Positions 50,904-62,019 of a stretch of 64,000 bases of DNA are shown here, in pieces. Each line of letters starts with the position of its first letter. The stretch's first letter is position 1. Source of the stretch: Felis catus (taxonomy: Eukaryota); NCBI RefSeq assembly GCF_018350175.1, contig NC_058379.1, forward strand, positions 24,242,001-24,306,000, given 5' to 3'. The notes under the pieces are model-generated. The model saw only the letters and a list, made by a program, of their open reading frames with translations, was not told the DNA's origin and did no database searches. The position numbers were made by a program, and so were the translations under genes.

Positions 50904-51313
50904 TTTTATTTTTATTTTTTTATCCCAAAATTATTCCTTTTGTGAATTTTTTTTTATTTTTTAAATTTACATCCAAGTTAGTTAGCATGTAGTGCAACAA
51001 TGATTTCAGGAGTGGATTCCTTGGTGCCCCTTACCCATTTAGCCCATCTCCCCGCCCACAACCCCTCCAGGAACCCTGTTTGTTCTCCTTATTTAAGAGT
51101 CTCTTATGTTTTGTCCCCCTCCCTGTTTTTATGTTCTTTTTACTTCCCTTCCCTTGTGTTCTGTCTTAAAGTCCTCATGAGTGAAGTCATATGATATTTG
51201 TCTTTCTCTAATTTCGCTTAGTATAATACCCTCTAGTTCCATCCACGTAGTTGCAAATGGCAAGATTTCATTCTTTTTGATTGCTGAGTAATACTCCATT
51301 GTACATATATATA
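50904..51313 (-). mobile_element. 5'-truncated felid L1 3' UTR with double A-tail
   Basis: aaatttacatccaagttagttagcat...gatttcattctttttgattgctgagtaatactccattgt; perfect 17-bp TSD AAGGTCTAGGAATTTTA at 50887-50903 and 51314-51330. Confidence 0.95.
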
Positions 51314-51661
51314 AAGGTCTAGGAATTTTAAAAGTGATCCCTGCTCCTTTTGCTTTGTCCTCTACGAAGCATAGAGCCCAGTGTCCTGGCCACCTTAAGG
51401 AACTGGGCCAGCCCTTAGAGTTGGCCTGTCTGTATGCTGAGTTTTATTGCCTTTTCCTGACTTTCTACCCATTCTGACTTCTGTGTTCTCTACCTTTATT
51501 TCTGTGGAAGGCCTCTGAATCCTTTTAGAAACCTTATACAGACAAACTTGGGAAAATGTGGCAAAGCACTTAGACAAAGTACTGAACATGTCAGTTGTTT
51601 TTCTTTTCTTTCCTTTTGTTTTCTTGAGGAGGGTTAAGTTTGACTTTTTGTATAAACCAAA

Positions 51662-51947
51662 AGTTTTCTAATTGTGGTACAATATATGTAACATAAAATT
51701 GTCCAATTTTAACCATTTTTAATGATACAATTCAGGGGCCTTATGTCCTTTATAGGGTTATGCCATCATCAGCACCATCCAGAACTTTTTCATCTTCCCA
51801 CGTTGATACTCTGTCCCCATTAAATAGTAACTCCCTACTCCCCCTCTTCCCGGCTTGGGGCAACTACCATGCTGTTTTCAGTCCTGCATTTAAGTACTCT
51901 GGATACCTCCTGTAAGTGGAATCATACAATAGCTGTCCTTTTGTGAC
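51662..51947 (-). mobile_element. L1MB-type 3' end
   Basis: attgtggtacaatatatgtaacataaaatt...ccagaactttttcatcttccc...gatacctcctgtaagtggaatcatacaata. Confidence 0.85.
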
Positions 51948-52786
51948 AAGCCCAGCAGTCTTCAGTTTCCTTTTTAAGGAATTACCCTAAGGAAAGATGA
52001 AAATTAAAATTAAATGCATGTTATGAGCCTTACCTCTAAATTTTGTTTTTTGGGAATACTTTACCCTCATCATACTTTGCTTACTTTCTTACCTTTCGAT
52101 AGTTGCTGTTCTCTCTTTGAGTCACCGTTTTGGAAATTCATTTCAGGATTCTTTCTGTCAGTCTTCCGGATTTGCAGCTCAGTACTATATTTTAGTGGTG
52201 TATCCAAGAATAATTGGTAGTAGTATCACGAGGTTTTCAGGAAAATTGAAGCCTTTTTAATCATGTATGTATGGAAATGTTATGAGGGTAACTTGGAAGA
52301 CTCCAGAAGGTCTTCATAGTGCTGTAGACAAATTCAAGTCTGTAAAAATGTTAATTACCTTGAAGGTAATCCATAGGAGAGAGTGAGTACAGTATCATTC
52401 CTTTGGAATAAGGCATTGTGTCTGTTAAATGCATTTATTCCTCAAATTCTAAAAATTTTTTTATTCTGTGTCTGAAATTTATCCCTTGTTCTCCATTTCT
52501 TTTGTTGTTGAAAATTCAGGACTTTGCTTCTAACTGGTTTTCTTGGCTTTTATCTCTTCTAAACCAGTCCATGCTTTGTTTTTCTCCCAGAATGAACTTT
52601 CTAAAATGTAAGTCTGATAGGTCGTTCTTTTATTCATAATTCTGTTTTCTCCATTGCTTACAGGATAGAGGCCACAGCCTCCTTAGTAGCAGAGATCTTT
52701 CCTCTCTTTCATTCTCATCTCCAGGACATCCTCAACTAAAACAACCTGCAGTTCCTGAAAAACAGTTTCTTATATCTTCAATTTCT

Positions 52787-53007
52787 TTTTTTTAAATTCT
52801 TTTAAATGTTTGTTTATTTTTGAGAAAGAGAGAGAGAGAGAGAGAGCAGGGGAGGGGCAGAGAGAGAGGGAGACACAGAATCTGAAGCAGGCTCCAGGCT
52901 CTGAGCTGTCAGCACAGAGCCCGATATGGGGCTCGAACTCACAAACCGTGAGATCATGACCTGAGCCGAAGTTGGACACTTAACTGACTGAGCCGCCCAG
53001 GCCCCCC
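52787..53007 (-). mobile_element. CAN-SINE
   Basis: Perfect 18-bp TSD CTTATATCTTCAATTTCT at 52769-52786 and 53008-53025. Confidence 0.96.
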
Positions 53008-54719
53008 CTTATATCTTCAATTTCTAGTAAGAGGTCCCTTCCTGTGGAAAGAATTCCCAGACCTACGTGGGTAGGGTTAGCACTTTTCTCCTTTGGGAAA
53101 GGAGAATGCCAAGAATTCTGACTCAAGAGTTGTATCATTATTTTATGTTACTAAGAAAATGTTGATGTTTAAATGATGACACAATTCTTGTCATTTAACT
53201 TTTTATTTTATATAAACTGAAAGAGCTCTGTTGGAACCCTTTAGACACAGAAGTGACATACCACTGTGAGGCACTATCATGTTCAGAGACATTAAATCCC
53301 AAATCCAGAGATGTTGATATGTGAATAAATGTGTATCTCAGAACTGATGAAATATAGTATATCTCTTAGCCAAATATGATTGTTATTAATGGTCTCTACT
53401 ACATTCCTAAAAGCTCTTCACATGTCAGGAAATGTGACTGTGTTCATCTTAAATTCTTAAAGGCTGTGCATTTAGAAAGCACATAACTGGTGTTCAATGA
53501 ATGTTGTAGAGGACCTCTACATTCTTGTGGAGTTGGCTTAATATTGGCTATTTCATATATCATGCATAGTTTCTAGAAGGAAAAACATCCTAACAGCTGC
53601 CAAATCTCTGTTTCACCTAGCCTGATAAAATCACAAAATTAGTCCCTTTACTAAGAGTCTGCATTTACTCTAGAATAGGAATTAGAATAATAGAATAGTA
53701 GAGTTGGAAAGAATCTCAGAGACAACTAATCTAGCCTGTACTTTTTATACATCAGGAAAACTTGTCCTACCACTTTTATTTATCAAAAGCATGCACGCCT
53801 GCTAATTAGAACTTCTGACTAGTGAGTGTGGGCCAAGGGGACATAATTACCTCCAAAAGCAGAGAAATTTGACATTAAAAATGTTAAATTTACATAAAGT
53901 GAAATGGACTTTTGTGTATATATCTGTGCACATGCATAGATGTACACACATGTATATATTTATGCATACAGGTACATAATATGTATAGACATATACATAT
54001 CTATCACATGTATAGATTTATGTAACCGTCACCAGAATCGCAATCTATACATTTGACACAGTAAGACCGAGGCTGTGTGGCTTTGAAATCCAGGTCTCTT
54101 TATTCTTCACTAAGTGTTTCCTCCATTATTTCACATTTGCTTCCTTCCTCGTAATAGTCTCTGGTCCATTCAAGCTGGCCTCTTCATCATTCTCTATCAT
54201 TCCATGTACCTATCTTCTTCTGGGACCTTTCTTTAGGATAAAACTTCTACGTAAAATACCCTCTACTCTCAGAAAAAAAACAAAGACTTGTTTAAGTCCT
54301 ACCTACTCTTTCTTCACTTAATCAAGTTATACTTCCATGAAGCTTTCTGATTACCTTTAAGTCACTCCCTTTTCTAAACTCTTGTAACATACACTGTATA
54401 TGAGCTTGCATTTATCTTTTAATGTATTTACATTCTCCTTCCTATATACTGCAAATGAAGATTTTATCTTTTACCTCTTGTACCTCCAACTTCATTTTTA
54501 TTTACTGAACATTTGTAGAATTGAAGATTTCTTTTTTTTTTTGGCGGGGGTAATCTTCCAGGTATTTCCCTCAGTCCTCCAACTGTGGCAATGTTCTGTC
54601 TTCTTTATACCGTTCTGTAGTTTTAGCGGCTCAATTAGAAGGCTCCTCTTTTGACCTTGGCCATGGCTGCCATGTTTAAAGGAAAAATCACCAGCTGAAG
54701 CATGGTATCTTTGCTGGCC

Positions 54720-55185
54720 ATTAGTCATTTTGGGCTCTCTGTGTCTGAACCCTCTTGCTGTGTTTTGGCAATTCCCTATGTTATACTTCTGCCTACTGCC
54801 TTCCTTCCAAAGTAAAAGCTGAGAATATCAGATCCTAATTTTCCCATCCTCCTGTGAAGCTAGGATCCACCTGTGAATCAGGAGCTAAAGGTTCAAAGAA
54901 GAAAGGGTAGCACAGAATTTGTTCTGGTCGTGTTGGTTGGCAGTCGTGACATCTGTTTTCTAAGGGTGGCATGGAGTAGTGATGGAGGCAGCTGTGGAAC
55001 CTGTGGTCTCCTGTGTTGAGTTGCAACATTCATGTTGTTTTCACTGTGGAGCTTTTGTGGCATGATTTTGACTGTGGGTCTGGAGGCCTGATTTTTCACG
55101 TTTGGCAATAGCTCCTCTGTGCATTTCTTTTCTACTTATAACCAGCCAAGACTGGTTTCTTTTGTCAACAACTAAGAATTTTGCC
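54720..55185 (+). mobile_element. Old ERVL-class solo LTR (LTR33/LTR40-like; subfamily uncertain)
   Basis: ttgggctctctgtgtctgaaccc...aagctgagaatatcagatcct...tttccca...gaagctagg...ccagccaagactggtttc...caactaagaa. Confidence 0.6.
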
Positions 55186-56120
55186 TGGTGTGGTGTCATA
55201 GGGCCTGGACGTAGAGGCCTACAATGGGTTCTTGTCTTGGCTCTGTCCCAAACTGTCTGACCTTGGATGAATCACTTAAATATTTAGATTCATCATTTTT
55301 AAAATGGGTATTTTCAAGGTCTTTTCATCTCTAAGTTCTATTATTTTTGCTTCTGCTAATTGACTGGTGGGACGCTAATGTGATCATCATTGGCTGCCAA
55401 ACCCATCAGCGGGTACCACCAAATTCTGTTCACATTTATTTCAGTATGGTACTGGTCTTTTCTATTCCAGTAATTCCTGGGTTCTTGTGCCTGTATTTAA
55501 CCCTATTGGTTAGCTAGTGTTTACTGGTACTGTGCACGCTTGCATCTTGACAGGTGTAAAAATGTTCTTTGTTCTCTGCTTAGTGATCTGATTGAAGGGG
55601 AAAAATGCTTTAGGCACCAGTAGGTTTCGAGGTTTCTGTGGTAATGTTGATTCAGACGAGAGCTCCTTAGTGTAGAGCTGAAATTCAAAGTCATAAATTG
55701 TAAAAATTACATTTTAATGCAGTACTGTTGGCTGAGAGATTCAAGATTTAAAGAGACCAGCCTTTTAATAGTTTTTTACATGTGCACACTGGAACAACTA
55801 ATGTGAAATAGTTTTTCAGGAAAGCTAACAAATGCGTTCTAAGTGCCACATCAGTGTAGGGTTATAGCCATTGGCTCTGCAATTGTCTTTTGAAAAAATG
55901 GGAGAAGAGGGAGAAGGCACTTAGAGGTCATCCACATTCAAACCTAGCTTCAGAAGGAAAGAATCTTTTCGTGGCTTTCTGACCCCTAGTCTCTGTCCTT
56001 TCCAGACACCATGTGAAAATAAAATGCGATTAACATTAATTTTGTCTTCTGTCTTATCTTAGCAAATGCAGATGATTTTATGGTTTCATTTGTCACCACG
56101 GCAAAAACTAATAATACTTT

Positions 56121-56338
56121 AAAATTTGTTTTCTTTTATGTTTTATTTATTTTTGAGAGAGAGGCAGAATACAAGCAGGGGAGGGGCAGAGAGAAAGAGG
56201 GAGACATAGGATCCGAAGCAGGCTCCAGGCTCTGAGCTGTTAGCATAGAGACCAACATGGGTCTCGAAGTCATGAACTGTGAAGATCATGACCTGAACTG
56301 AAGTCAGATGCTCAGCCGACTGGGCCACCCAGGAGCCC
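56121..56338 (-). mobile_element. CAN-SINE
   Basis: Reverse SINE; TAATACTTT at 56112-56120 and 56339-56347. Confidence 0.92.
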
Positions 56339-56832
56339 TAATACTTTTTTATTTGGTCATACTGGTCTTTGAAGCAGCAGTGGACACTGGGCTGCAGTGA
56401 GGATGATGGAGATTTCGTTGGGAGAGCGTCTTTTATTGCATCATCTAGGGAAAAGGTGGATGGAGTTTTATTAATCAGACATTCGGATTCAGATTGCACA
56501 AACATTTATTGAATGCCAGATGGGTTAGGGACTATCACCTATGTGGCAATGGTGTGGCAATGGTAAGTTTTCAATTTAGTGCCCACATTGTGCCAATTGC
56601 TATGGAATTACTATAAACCTTTAAACACTCCTACAGCGGTCTTCAGATTTAGCCGGGGAAATGTCTTAAAAATTAACACACATGGAACAAGTCTAAAATA
56701 CTTAGGGGTCAAACTGTGCAATATTAACTCTAAAAATGCGGCAGAAGTTTAGATACAGAGTAATGTGGGCTGGAGGGCCTGAGAATACCACATGGTAGAG
56801 TCAGAAGTTGAGGGGTGTGCTTGTAAGATTTT

Positions 56833-56999
56833 TTTTAAAGTTTATTTATTTATTTAAAGAGAGAGCATGTATGACTAGGGGAGGGGCAGAGAGAGAGAGG
56901 GAGACAGAGAATCCTGATGGGGGGCTCAGACTCATGAACCGTGAGATCATGACCTGAGCTGAAGCAGACCCTTAACTGACTGAGTCACCCAGGTGCCCC
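56833..56999 (-). mobile_element. CAN-SINE, internally deleted
   Basis: Perfect 16-bp TSD GTGCTTGTAAGATTTT at 56817-56832 and 57000-57015. Confidence 0.94.
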
Positions 57000-57335
57000 G
57001 TGCTTGTAAGATTTTGAGAGGACAGCAGGACAGAGGAGGGAGAACTGTTCAGGGAAAGTGGCACATCATATTCAAAGAAAGAGTGGAAGAGAAGGTGAGT
57101 GTGGTATATGCATGCGCAGTGGAGAGAAGGAAATTACCGGACTAAGATTGGGGTTACCGAGTCCTATGTATAAGCAGACCCTGAGGGTAGTGCTAGAGTA
57201 AAGGTTGAAGAGTTTGTTCTCGAAATAGCCCATAAAAAGGTATGACAAACAAATAAACAAATGTTTTAAAGCATATTACAAAAGATTGTTTTGTATATCA
57301 TCCTACATTCTCCTTTCCATTTTTTTTTTTCCCAG

Positions 57336-57608
57336 ACTCCCTCGAGCCCACTTATCAGCAGCTTCAGAAAATGAAACTGGACAAGAGCCCCTTTGTGGTC
57401 GTATCTGTGGTTGGGCAGGAACTCCTGACAGCTGGCCATCATGGCGCCTCTGTGGTTGTCTTAGAAGCTGCTCTCAAGATTGGCACCTGCAGCCTCAAAC
57501 TGAGAGGTTCGGTTTTCTCCGCCCTGAGCAGTGCTTACTGGTCTCTTGGAAACACAGAGAAGAGTACTGGATACATGCAGCAGGACTTGGATGTAGCCAA
57601 GACCTTAG
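57336..57608 (+). CDS. TTC28: TTC28 internal coding exon (exon 4 by human numbering), N-terminal TPR region, 273 nt, phase 1-1
   Basis: Acceptor ttctcctttcca(T)11cccag|ACTCC and donor ACCTTAG|gtaggg. Open frame (D)SLEPTYQQLQKMKLDKSPFVVVSVVGQELLTAGHHGASVVVLEAALKIGTCSLKLRGSVFSALSSAYWSLGNTEKSTGYMQQDLDVAKTL(G) recognised as TTC28. Confidence 0.97.
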
Positions 57609-57940
57609 GTAGGGTATGCTTCTGTCTTTTATTTCAGTACAGAAAGGAAATAAAGAAAACTGATTAGCCTGACATGGATAGGGATAGCACATGCAATGAA
57701 AAGTGAGTGCGTCTCTAGAACATTCTGTGTTTTAGAGTGCTTGGGTCTCCAGGGCTTTTCTTCTAACAAGATACCAAGGCTCCCCAAAGGCCAAGATATA
57801 TGGATTAACATATTCATTGCCCTCTTCAGAGATTTGGGCTCACAGATTTAATATTCCAAATGATAGTATTGATGGGTGAATCTTTCATCTTAATTTTAAT
57901 TTTTGCCTCCCTTAGGAGGCGTCACCATTTTGTCAGAGGC

Positions 57941-58160
57941 AGTAGTACAGTGCACTGGTTAAGAGTGGGGCCTGTGGAGCCAGACTGCTGAGTTTAGCAC
58001 CCTGGCTCTGCCGCTTACTAGCCATATGACCTTCTGCAAGTTGCCTCAGCTGTCTGTGCTACCATTTCCTCATTTGTAAAATGCATGTGGCTTATGATTA
58101 CGGTTGTTGTCACAGCAATTATTCAGTGACTTGCAGGATTGCAGTAAGAGCAGAGACACG
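57941..58160 (+). mobile_element. MIR in TTC28 intron 4
   Basis: ggttaagagtggggcctgtggagcccagactgc...ctctgccgcttactagcc...tttcctcatttgtaaaatg. Confidence 0.85.
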
Positions 58161-58676
58161 GTAAGTCTGCCATCAGCATACTTGCAAAGAAGCAACACAT
58201 CATAGTAGGTTTGTAGTTAAATCACTGAATCAACAAGCTGATGGTTGTTCAGAACCAGAGGTCATTAGCAGAGCATTGAGCTGACTCCTAACAGCTGGTT
58301 TGTGTCAAGTTCTTTATCCTCTCATTTCTAGGACCCCTACATCCCCGACTGTAGTTGTATGTTATAACTACAGTTACTGTCCAGAGATTCAAGTTCTAGG
58401 ACCATAACTTACTACATAGAGTCTTGGAGAAGAAGAAAGTACTTTTCTAAAAGAAGGGAAGTGAAATCTTAGCTAGTAAATCTGTGGTTCTTAAATTAAT
58501 ATGGGCATTACAAATTATAANNNNNNNNNNNNNNNNNNNNNNNNNNNNNNNNNNNNNNNNNNNNNNNNNNNNNNNNNNNNNNNNNNNNNNNNNNNNNNNN
58601 NNNNNNNNNNNNNNNNNNNNNNNNNNNNNNNNNNNNNNNNNNNNNNNNNNNNNNNNNNNNNNNNNNNNNNNNNNNN

Positions 58677-58701
58677 CGCCATGAAACTCAAGGATCGAGA
58701 G
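58677..58701 (+). CDS. TTC28: TTC28 next exon (exon 5), visible 3' end only; 5' part hidden in N-gap 58521-58676 (predicted start 58571)
   Basis: C GCC ATG AAA CTC AAG GAT CGA GAG|gtagga encodes AMKLKDRE followed by a phase-0 donor. The recalled TTC28 peptide GDQTGEC...HQLVLAMKLKDRE implies a 131-nt exon, which fits the gap. Confidence 0.9.
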
Positions 58702-59224
58702 GTAGGAAGTTTACCTGCAGACCTTATACATTTTTTTGGAAACATGGAGTCTTTTTTTGCCATTCAAAATGTTTTAGGCACCCTAAAATGTTGCTTTTAG
58801 AAGTTGATGATCATTGACTCTATCTTTCATCAACAATCAGGTATTGAATGTCTACCACATATAGACCTTGAGGGTACAGAGATGGATAAGACTTGGCCCC
58901 TGACCTCAGGATCTAACAGCCTGCATCGTTAGATGCATTGCTCTTATTCTATTCAAATATGAAAGGAAGAGACCTATGTAAAATTAACAAAAAATGTATC
59001 TTCATGATATATCTGTTAAGTTAAAGAAACACACATTTGCTTTATTTGAGATGGGGTATTTTTAGTGCAAGCTCTTCATGTTGTGTCTTTGATGGATTTT
59101 TAACTCAGGTGGTAGAAGCATAGTAAGTCTGATTGAGAGACATGAATTATAATGATAAAGAATACTGTCTATCTTTATTAGAGAAACGGAATGTAATCTT
59201 CTCAGAGAGTTGGTATCCAGTAGA

Positions 59225-59480
59225 TGCAGCATGATGAGAAAGTGCCTGCCAAGCGGAGAGAGGGTGGGGTTTGGAGCGAAATAGACTCAGATTGGAATCC
59301 CTGTTCTGGTACTTCCTGGCTCAGAGATCTTGGGGAAAGTATTACTTAATTCCTCTTTGCCTGTTTTCTTATTTAGAAAATAATGATTGTATTTATCCCA
59401 TACACAACTGTGATAGGATTATAAATAATATATATATGTAAAGTGCCTAGCATGGTACTTGGAATTGCATAAATGGTAGC
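59225..59480 (+). mobile_element. MIR
   Basis: ggaatccctgttctggtacttcctggc...tcttggggaaagtattacttaatt...atgtaaagtgcctagcatggtact. Confidence 0.75.
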
Positions 59481-59637
59481 TTCTATACTATAATATTATT
59501 AACAAGAGGAGGGTAATAGGAGAGGTAATAACAAATTTATGAATCAATCTATGTGTTGGGAAATATATTTAGTTATTATATTTAGTTATCTTAGAATTTC
59601 ACTGTGGGACATTATAGAGATTAATTATATTATTTAA

Positions 59638-59648
59638 ATGACTCAGCA
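59638..59648 (+). promoter_or_regulatory. Perfect ARE/MARE motif (NFE2L2/NFE2/BACH1-MAF)
   Basis: ATGACTCAGCA in non-repeat DNA; motif match only. Confidence 0.35.
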
Positions 59649-61771
59649 TCTTCAAGTCTCTAGAACACGGTCAGTCACTAGGAGCGAACTGGGGAAGAAA
59701 AAAAACCTTTGTTTCAGTGGTGTGCTGGAATCTCCCCTTGAGAATGGGAGAGACTTCCATAAAGTCTCTCTCATCCATGGATGTCAGAAAAAAGCCTTTG
59801 AAAACTGCCAAAATATATCATTCAAGGGAGATGGACTTCAGGTGATTTTATTCTCAAGATAATACTAAAGACTTTTCTCTTTGTTTATTTACTCTTAGTT
59901 TACAAACAGTTCTTAAAAGCCAGATAATCTGACTTCTTCATGTTGAGGGAATGAAAAGAGACTTCTAGATGCAGATATACTGATGGCATTAAGTGAGAGC
60001 CAGGTTTAAGAACTAAACCAGCATAGTTGTCTAACAGGGCCATTTAGTGAAGGCTCGCATGGCTATACATATGTCAAAAGCTGCATTTGTACTCTATTGT
60101 CCTGACCTTTGGGATGCATATATATTAGCCCAATTACTGAATTGGGTCCAAAGACTTGTAATTAGGGCATAGGATTATCATAGGTATTAAAAAGGAGAAG
60201 TGAAAATTTTCTGGCTTCCCTCTTCTTAATAGTGTAATTTTCTATAGCCTGTATTATCTGGGTTTTATAAACCTTTGCTGTATAATAATAAGAAATCATT
60301 AAATTATAAGCATGGAAGGGACTTTGAGATAATACTGGAACCAGTTGCCTCCCCAAATCTTCCCATCTTCAAATTTCTGCCTGCCACAGCCACTCCATCT
60401 CCCCCTCTTTTGGCCTCTACTTCACCACCACACTAGTTCACAAACCTGCCTTTTGGGAAACCCTTCTTATGTATAAGTAAGACTGATTTTATCCCCTCTG
60501 GGACTAGACAGAGAATGTTCAGCCATAATTAATGGCCTGTGGCCTCTCCTTTTCCAAGCTGAAAATCCCATTAATTGTATTTTTTTTCCCATTAATTTTC
60601 TCTTCAAAGTTTCTCATTATCAAAACTGGAATAATTTTTACACCCCCCTCCTGACTATTTCATTTTCACTGTTGCCCATTCTGGTTGCCAGTTAGTGTCG
60701 GCCACAGGGGAAACCTTGTTTTGGGATGTTCTATCTAGCCCATGCCCCTGCTCTGTATTGCCAAAGCATATTTATCTGATTTCTAGACTGACCTGTAGAA
60801 TTCCTCTTTTCTCTCACAGTGTCTCTTCTGTTGTGTTTGCCCCTGGAATCCTAGGGTACCATTCATTTTCTTGAAAATTTAATGCTTTTTTCTTACCTTT
60901 TCCCTTAATTTTTAAGGTTGCAGTTGAGTGCTGCTGCTTCTCTGCCTTAATTAAACAGGGAATCTTCATTCCCACATCCCTGAAACCAGCCAATGGTTTT
61001 GAAGACTGGAGTTAATATTGGTCTAGAACTTAAAGGAACATACAAAGAAATTATTGCAGTAATGCGTATTTCATTCAGTTTCAAAGTTTTAGTTGGCTAG
61101 TCTTCTGTGATGTAATTCAGTGAAGTGTGATGCCTGCTCGCAAAGCACCTAACATGTGTAGAGCACTGTGCTGAGGGTTCTGGGTCTAGACAATGGGTGT
61201 GGGGGTCTCTCCTCTTGAAGGGCTGATGTTTTCTTTGAGACAGAACTTGAATATAACAAAAGTATTATTAATACAGCGCTTGAGCAATAAATAATGAGCA
61301 TTCTCTTTAATCGCTGCCAAGATTCTCAAATTCCAGAGGAGACAGAGACTCCAAGGTATAGACCTGGGCGAGCTTTGTGAAACAGGTGGAACTCAAGCTG
61401 GCCCCTGAGTGAGATGTAGAAATTGGCGTGCGGGGTTCTAAAACCTGGTCACCATATCAGTCATGAGGGATAAGCTAGTTCATACCGTTAACAAAGGTCT
61501 GATACTATTTTGTACCATCCTGTTTGTTTTAGTCACAGACTCCTAGTTTTTTAAAAAAGTAATAGTTATTAATTTCACCCAGTTATATAAAAAATTAATG
61601 AAAATAACCAGCCATAAGCCTACCATCCTTTCAATATTTTGGGTATAATCTTTTAGCAAATATGCACATGTAATTGTTTATTCAGAGAAAAATTGAAATC
61701 CTACTATGATACTTTTATAACTTGTTTTTTTGTTAATTTTTTCCACTTAATTTTTTATCTTTCTGCATTTT

Positions 61772-61814
61772 GTTTATTTATTTTTAATTTAAAAAAATGT
61801 TCATCTCATTTATT

Positions 61815-61855
<41 letters not shown>

Positions 61856-62010
61856 AGGGGAGGGGCAGTGAGAGAGGGAGACAGAGGATCCAAAGCAGGC
61901 TCTGAGCTGCCACTGCAGAGCCTGATGCAGGACTTGAACTTACAAACTGTGAGATCATGACCTGAGCCAAAGTCGGACGCTTAACCAACTGAACCACCTA
62001 GACGCCCCCA
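61772..62010 (-). mobile_element. CAN-SINE with (GA)n
   Basis: TSD TTTCTGCATTTT at 61760-61771 and 62011-62022. Confidence 0.94.
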
Positions 62011-62019
62011 TTTCTGCAT

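Noticed and set aside
57371-57667. 98-aa ORF starting MKLDKSPF as an independent gene
   Set aside because: The Met is internal to the TTC28 exon, and the tail after 57608 is intron read-through.
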